Shown here: positions 15,167 through 17,528 of the stretch, one piece after another | Layout: the number at the start of each line of letters is the position of its first letter | Position numbering within the stretch: position 1 is the first letter of the stretch | From: an uncultured Caldilineales bacterium | GTDB lineage: Bacteria > Chloroflexota > Anaerolineae > J102 | Direction: 5' to 3' | Length of the DNA: 17,528 bases | NCBI GenBank assembly: GCA_964565065.1 | Contig: CAZMDD010000069.1 | Span: 1-17,528 of the forward strand | Program-made: the position numbers and the translations under genes | Notes under the pieces: generated by a model | Told to the model about the DNA's origin: nothing | Seen by the model: only the letters and a program-made list of their open reading frames with translations | Databases searched by the model: none

Positions 15167-16297
15167 ATGTCTCGTAAAATTTATCCAGTTATCCTACTGC
15201 TCTTGTTGTTGAGTTTGGTGCTGGCTGCCTGCACAACACCCACTGCTAAAGAAGCTGCCCCGGCAAAAGAGGAACCCACTGCCCAACCAGCAGCGCCCGA
15301 GCCCACGGCTGAACCTGCTCAGGAATCCCCCAAAGCTGACACCCTGCTCCCCCCCATGGACCCGCCCGAGAAGGTCAAGGTGGCCTATGTGCCCATCATG
15401 AAGTTTGCCACCATGTACGTAGCTGCCGACCGGGGCCTGTTTGAAAAATATGGTTTGGATGTAGAAATCGAACGGGTAAAATCGGGCACCGAGGCCATTG
15501 CCTTCCTTACCAATAATTCGGTGGATGTGGGCGGCATTGCCATCGTCACTTCGCTGTGGAATGGCTGGAGCGAAGGATTGCCCCTGCGCATCATCGCCCC
15601 CGGTGCGCTGGAGCCTTACGAAAATAGCCCCACCAAGGTCGTGGCCCGCAAAGAACTGGTAGATAGCGGCAAGGTCAAAACCATGGCTGACCTGAAAGGC
15701 CTGAAGGTGGCGCTGGCTGGCGGCCCCGGCAGCGGCGGCGAATACCTGCTCTCCAAAGCCCTGGAGCGGGGCAATCTCACCATCCGTGATGTAGAAACGG
15801 TGAAGATGGGCAACGCCGATATGCCCGCGGCCTTTGAAAATGGCTCCATCGATGCCGCATTGCTGGGCTCTCCCTATGCCGACCAAGTCATCGATGCCGG
15901 ACATGGTGTAGCCATTGCCACCGATTTAACCCCGGGCCTGATGACAGTGGCCTTTGTGGGCTCCGAAAACTTTGTCACCAATCGCAAAGATGTGGCGCAG
16001 CGCTTTGTGTTGGCCCTGACCGAGGCTTCCCGCATGATGCAGGGTGATGATTACCTTTCTGATGAAAACATTGCTGCATATCTCAAATATGTCAACTCCA
16101 CCGAAGAGGCCATTCGCAAAGGCCGCCGCGTGGTTTATGACCCAAATATGAAAATTCCGGTAGAGGGGCTGGCCGATGTAGAGCGCACCCATCGCGAAAA
16201 TGGCCGCACCGAATACACCGACCCCATCGACCTCCATTCGGTGGTGGATAGCTCCTTTGTCGAGAAGGCCCTGGAGCTTTTGGGCGGGGCACAATAA
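15167..16297 (+). CDS. ABC transporter substrate-binding lipoprotein of the NitT/TauT (NMT1/SsuA/TauA-like) family.
   Basis: The N-terminus reads 'MSRKIYPVILLLLLLSLVLAAC' (lipobox), followed by a Pro/Ala/Glu-rich linker. GGAGG sits at 15154-15158, upstream of the ATG at 15167 (the ORF track starts at 15104). The gene is adjacent to the ATPase and permease genes of the same transporter class. Confidence 0.9.
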   Translation: MSRKIYPVILLLLLLSLVLAACTTPTAKEAAPAKEEPTAQPAAPEPTAEPAQESPKADTLLPPMDPPEKVKVAYVPIMKFATMYVAADRGLFEKYGLDVEIERVKSGTEAIAFLTNNSVDVGGIAIVTSLWNGWSEGLPLRIIAPGALEPYENSPTKVVARKELVDSGKVKTMADLKGLKVALAGGPGSGGEYLLSKALERGNLTIRDVETVKMGNADMPAAFENGSIDAALLGSPYADQVIDAGHGVAIATDLTPGLMTVAFVGSENFVTNRKDVAQRFVLALTEASRMMQGDDYLSDENIAAYLKYVNSTEEAIRKGRRVVYDPNMKIPVEGLADVERTHRENGRTEYTDPIDLHSVVDSSFVEKALELLGGAQ

Positions 16298-16310
16298 GCT
16301 ATCGTATGAT

Positions 16311-16348
16311 GAGCGCAGCAGGAGATAGTTCTTGCTGCGCTCTTTTTT
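16311..16348 (+). terminator. Intra-operon Rho-independent terminator or attenuator between the substrate-binding-protein gene and the ATPase gene.
   Basis: GAGCGCAGCAGG (16311-16322) pairs with CTTGCTGCGCTC (16331-16342) as a 12-bp stem with one G·U. The loop is 8 nt and a T6 run follows at 16343-16348. Confidence 0.65.
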
Positions 16349-16363
16349 CGATACAAGGATCCC

Positions 16364-17146
16364 ATGACCACCAAAATCACCGCCAACGCTGTCAACAAAA
16401 GCTACGATACCCCGCGCGGCGAACTTGTAGCGCTGCAAAACTTCAATCTTGACGTGCAGGAAGGGGAATTCGTGTGCATCGTGGGGCCTTCTGGTTGCGG
16501 CAAATCAACCTTTTTGCGCATTCTGGCGGGGCTGGAGGCGCAAAGCTCGGGCCAGATAACCATCGTGCCGGGCAAAGAGCCGGGCAAACCCCTGAACAAT
16601 GTAGTCTTTCAGGACTACGCCATCTTCCCCTGGAAAACGGTCATCGACAATGTGGCCTTTGGTCTGGAGATGCGGGGCATCCCCAAAAAGGAGCGTTTGG
16701 CTGTTGCCAGACGTTGGCTGGAACGGGTGGGGCTGGGGCGTTTTGCCCAGTACTATCCCCACCAGATCTCGGGCGGGATGAAACAGCGGGTGAGCATCGC
16801 CCGCGCCCTGGCCAATGATCCCGAGGTGCTGCTGATGGATGAGCCGCTGGGCGCGCTGGATGCCCAGACTCGGGCCGTGCTGCAAGAGGAACTGCTGCGC
16901 ATCTGGGAAGAAACCCGCAAAACAGTGGTTTACATCACCCACAGCATCGATGAAGCAGTGCTTTTGGGCGATAAAGTGGTACTGATGACCGCTCATCCCG
17001 GAACCAACAAAGCCACCTTCGAGGTGGCGATTCCCCGACCCCGCACCCTGGCGGTGCAAAGCTCACGCGCATTTCGGGAGCTAACACTGGCCATTTGGGA
17101 ATCATTGAAGGATGAGGTGATGCGGGCCATGGAGGCGCAACGATGA
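16364..17146 (+). CDS. ABC transporter ATP-binding protein (NitT/TauT family, SsuB/TauB-like).
   Basis: Walker A 'GPSGCGKST', ABC signature '[15 protein letters not shown]', Walker B '[11 protein letters not shown]' and an H-loop 'ITHS' are all present. Confidence 0.95.
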   Translation: MTTKITANAVNKSYDTPRGELVALQNFNLDVQEGEFVCIVGPSGCGKSTFLRILAGLEAQSSGQITIVPGKEPGKPLNNVVFQDYAIFPWKTVIDNVAFGLEMRGIPKKERLAVARRWLERVGLGRFAQYYPHQISGGMKQRVSIARALANDPEVLLMDEPLGALDAQTRAVLQEELLRIWEETRKTVVYITHSIDEAVLLGDKVVLMTAHPGTNKATFEVAIPRPRTLAVQSSRAFRELTLAIWESLKDEVMRAMEAQR

Positions 17147-17528
17147 AACATTGGCAAGAGGTGCAGAAGAAGGTGTGGTTGCTATTGGCGGGCCTGGCGC
17201 TCTTCAATGGCATCATGCTGGCGGCGCATCTTTGGCGGCCCTACTTGTGGCTGGGGCTGCTGGTGGATATGGCATTGTTGGTGGCCCTGGCCGATTTCGT
17301 AGCCCGAGCCATCCCCAAACGCTGGCAGCGGGCTTATGATTTGACGCTGGCCATCGGTTTTCCCATCTTGCTCCTGGTGGCGTGGGAGCTGATTGTGCGG
17401 GCCGAGATTCTGAATCCGCGCTGGTTTCCGCCCCCTTCGCGCATCGCTGCAGCGTTGTGGCAACTTTCCACCCAGGTGGATAAATTTTCGCATACCAGTT
17501 TGTGGGGACGCCCCTGGCTTATCCCTCG
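17143..17528 (+). CDS. ABC transporter permease (NitT/TauT family). The N-terminal 128 codons are present and the gene runs off the window end.
   Basis: The ATG at 17143 overlaps the TGA of the ATPase gene (ATGA), which indicates translational coupling. Hydrophobic helices and a 'RWFPPPSRIAAALWQL' segment are typical of SsuC/TauC-type permeases. The gene is absent from the ORF track because no stop codon occurs within the window. Confidence 0.85.
   Translation, partial: MKHWQEVQKKVWLLLAGLALFNGIMLAAHLWRPYLWLGLLVDMALLVALADFVARAIPKRWQRAYDLTLAIGFPILLLVAWELIVRAEILNPRWFPPPSRIAAALWQLSTQVDKFSHTSLWGRPWLIP

Overview
This is a 17.5 kb GC-rich (roughly 55-60% by eye) bacterial chromosomal segment. Coding density is high and the content is mostly housekeeping and cell-envelope genes; I did not recognise a defence island, prophage, CRISPR array or rRNA/tRNA gene.

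Gene order:
- (-) a polytopic membrane protein (19-654), co-transcribed downstream of (-) a ThrRS N-terminal-like (TGS plus degenerate N2) / uridine-kinase-family P-loop kinase fusion (671-2425).
- (+) a flotillin/SPFH protein (3033-4841) followed by a clear intrinsic terminator.
- (-) a secreted protein with three PKD domains (5184-6203).
- (+) transketolase tkt (6826-8817) and ribulose-phosphate 3-epimerase rpe (8838-9509).
- (+) a DUF4349-like lipoprotein (9844-10782).
- (+) a small protein that looks like a free-standing archaeal-type ThrRS editing-domain homolog (10852-11259).
- (-) an 822-aa membrane protein with three cNMP-binding-like domains fused to two membrane-anchored bacterial PH (YdbT/bPH_2-like) domains (11267-13735).
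- (+) a secreted protein built from a tandem internal repeat (14133-14789).
- (+) a NitT/TauT-type ABC importer: substrate-binding protein (15167-16297), ATPase (16364-17146) and a permease truncated by the window edge (17143-17528).

The least expected content is non-coding.
- A 131-nt element with imperfect terminal inverted repeats occurs twice at about 94% identity (2844-2974 and 9577-9707). Each copy sits just upstream of a membrane or lipoprotein gene. A 17-nt 'empty-site-like' palindrome made only of its two termini is at 6429-6445.
- A second, mosaic family of intergenic repeats (core 'CACAGATTTCGCAGATTTTTCTTGATGC') occurs at 4950-5120, 14808-15040 and as a fragment at 2783-2812. Parts of it lie in opposite orientation at different loci.

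Together with the two unrelated ThrRS-editing-derived protein modules and the cNMP/bPH fusion, these repeats are the items most worth following up. All functional names are inferred from motifs I could read in the translations. No database search was run.
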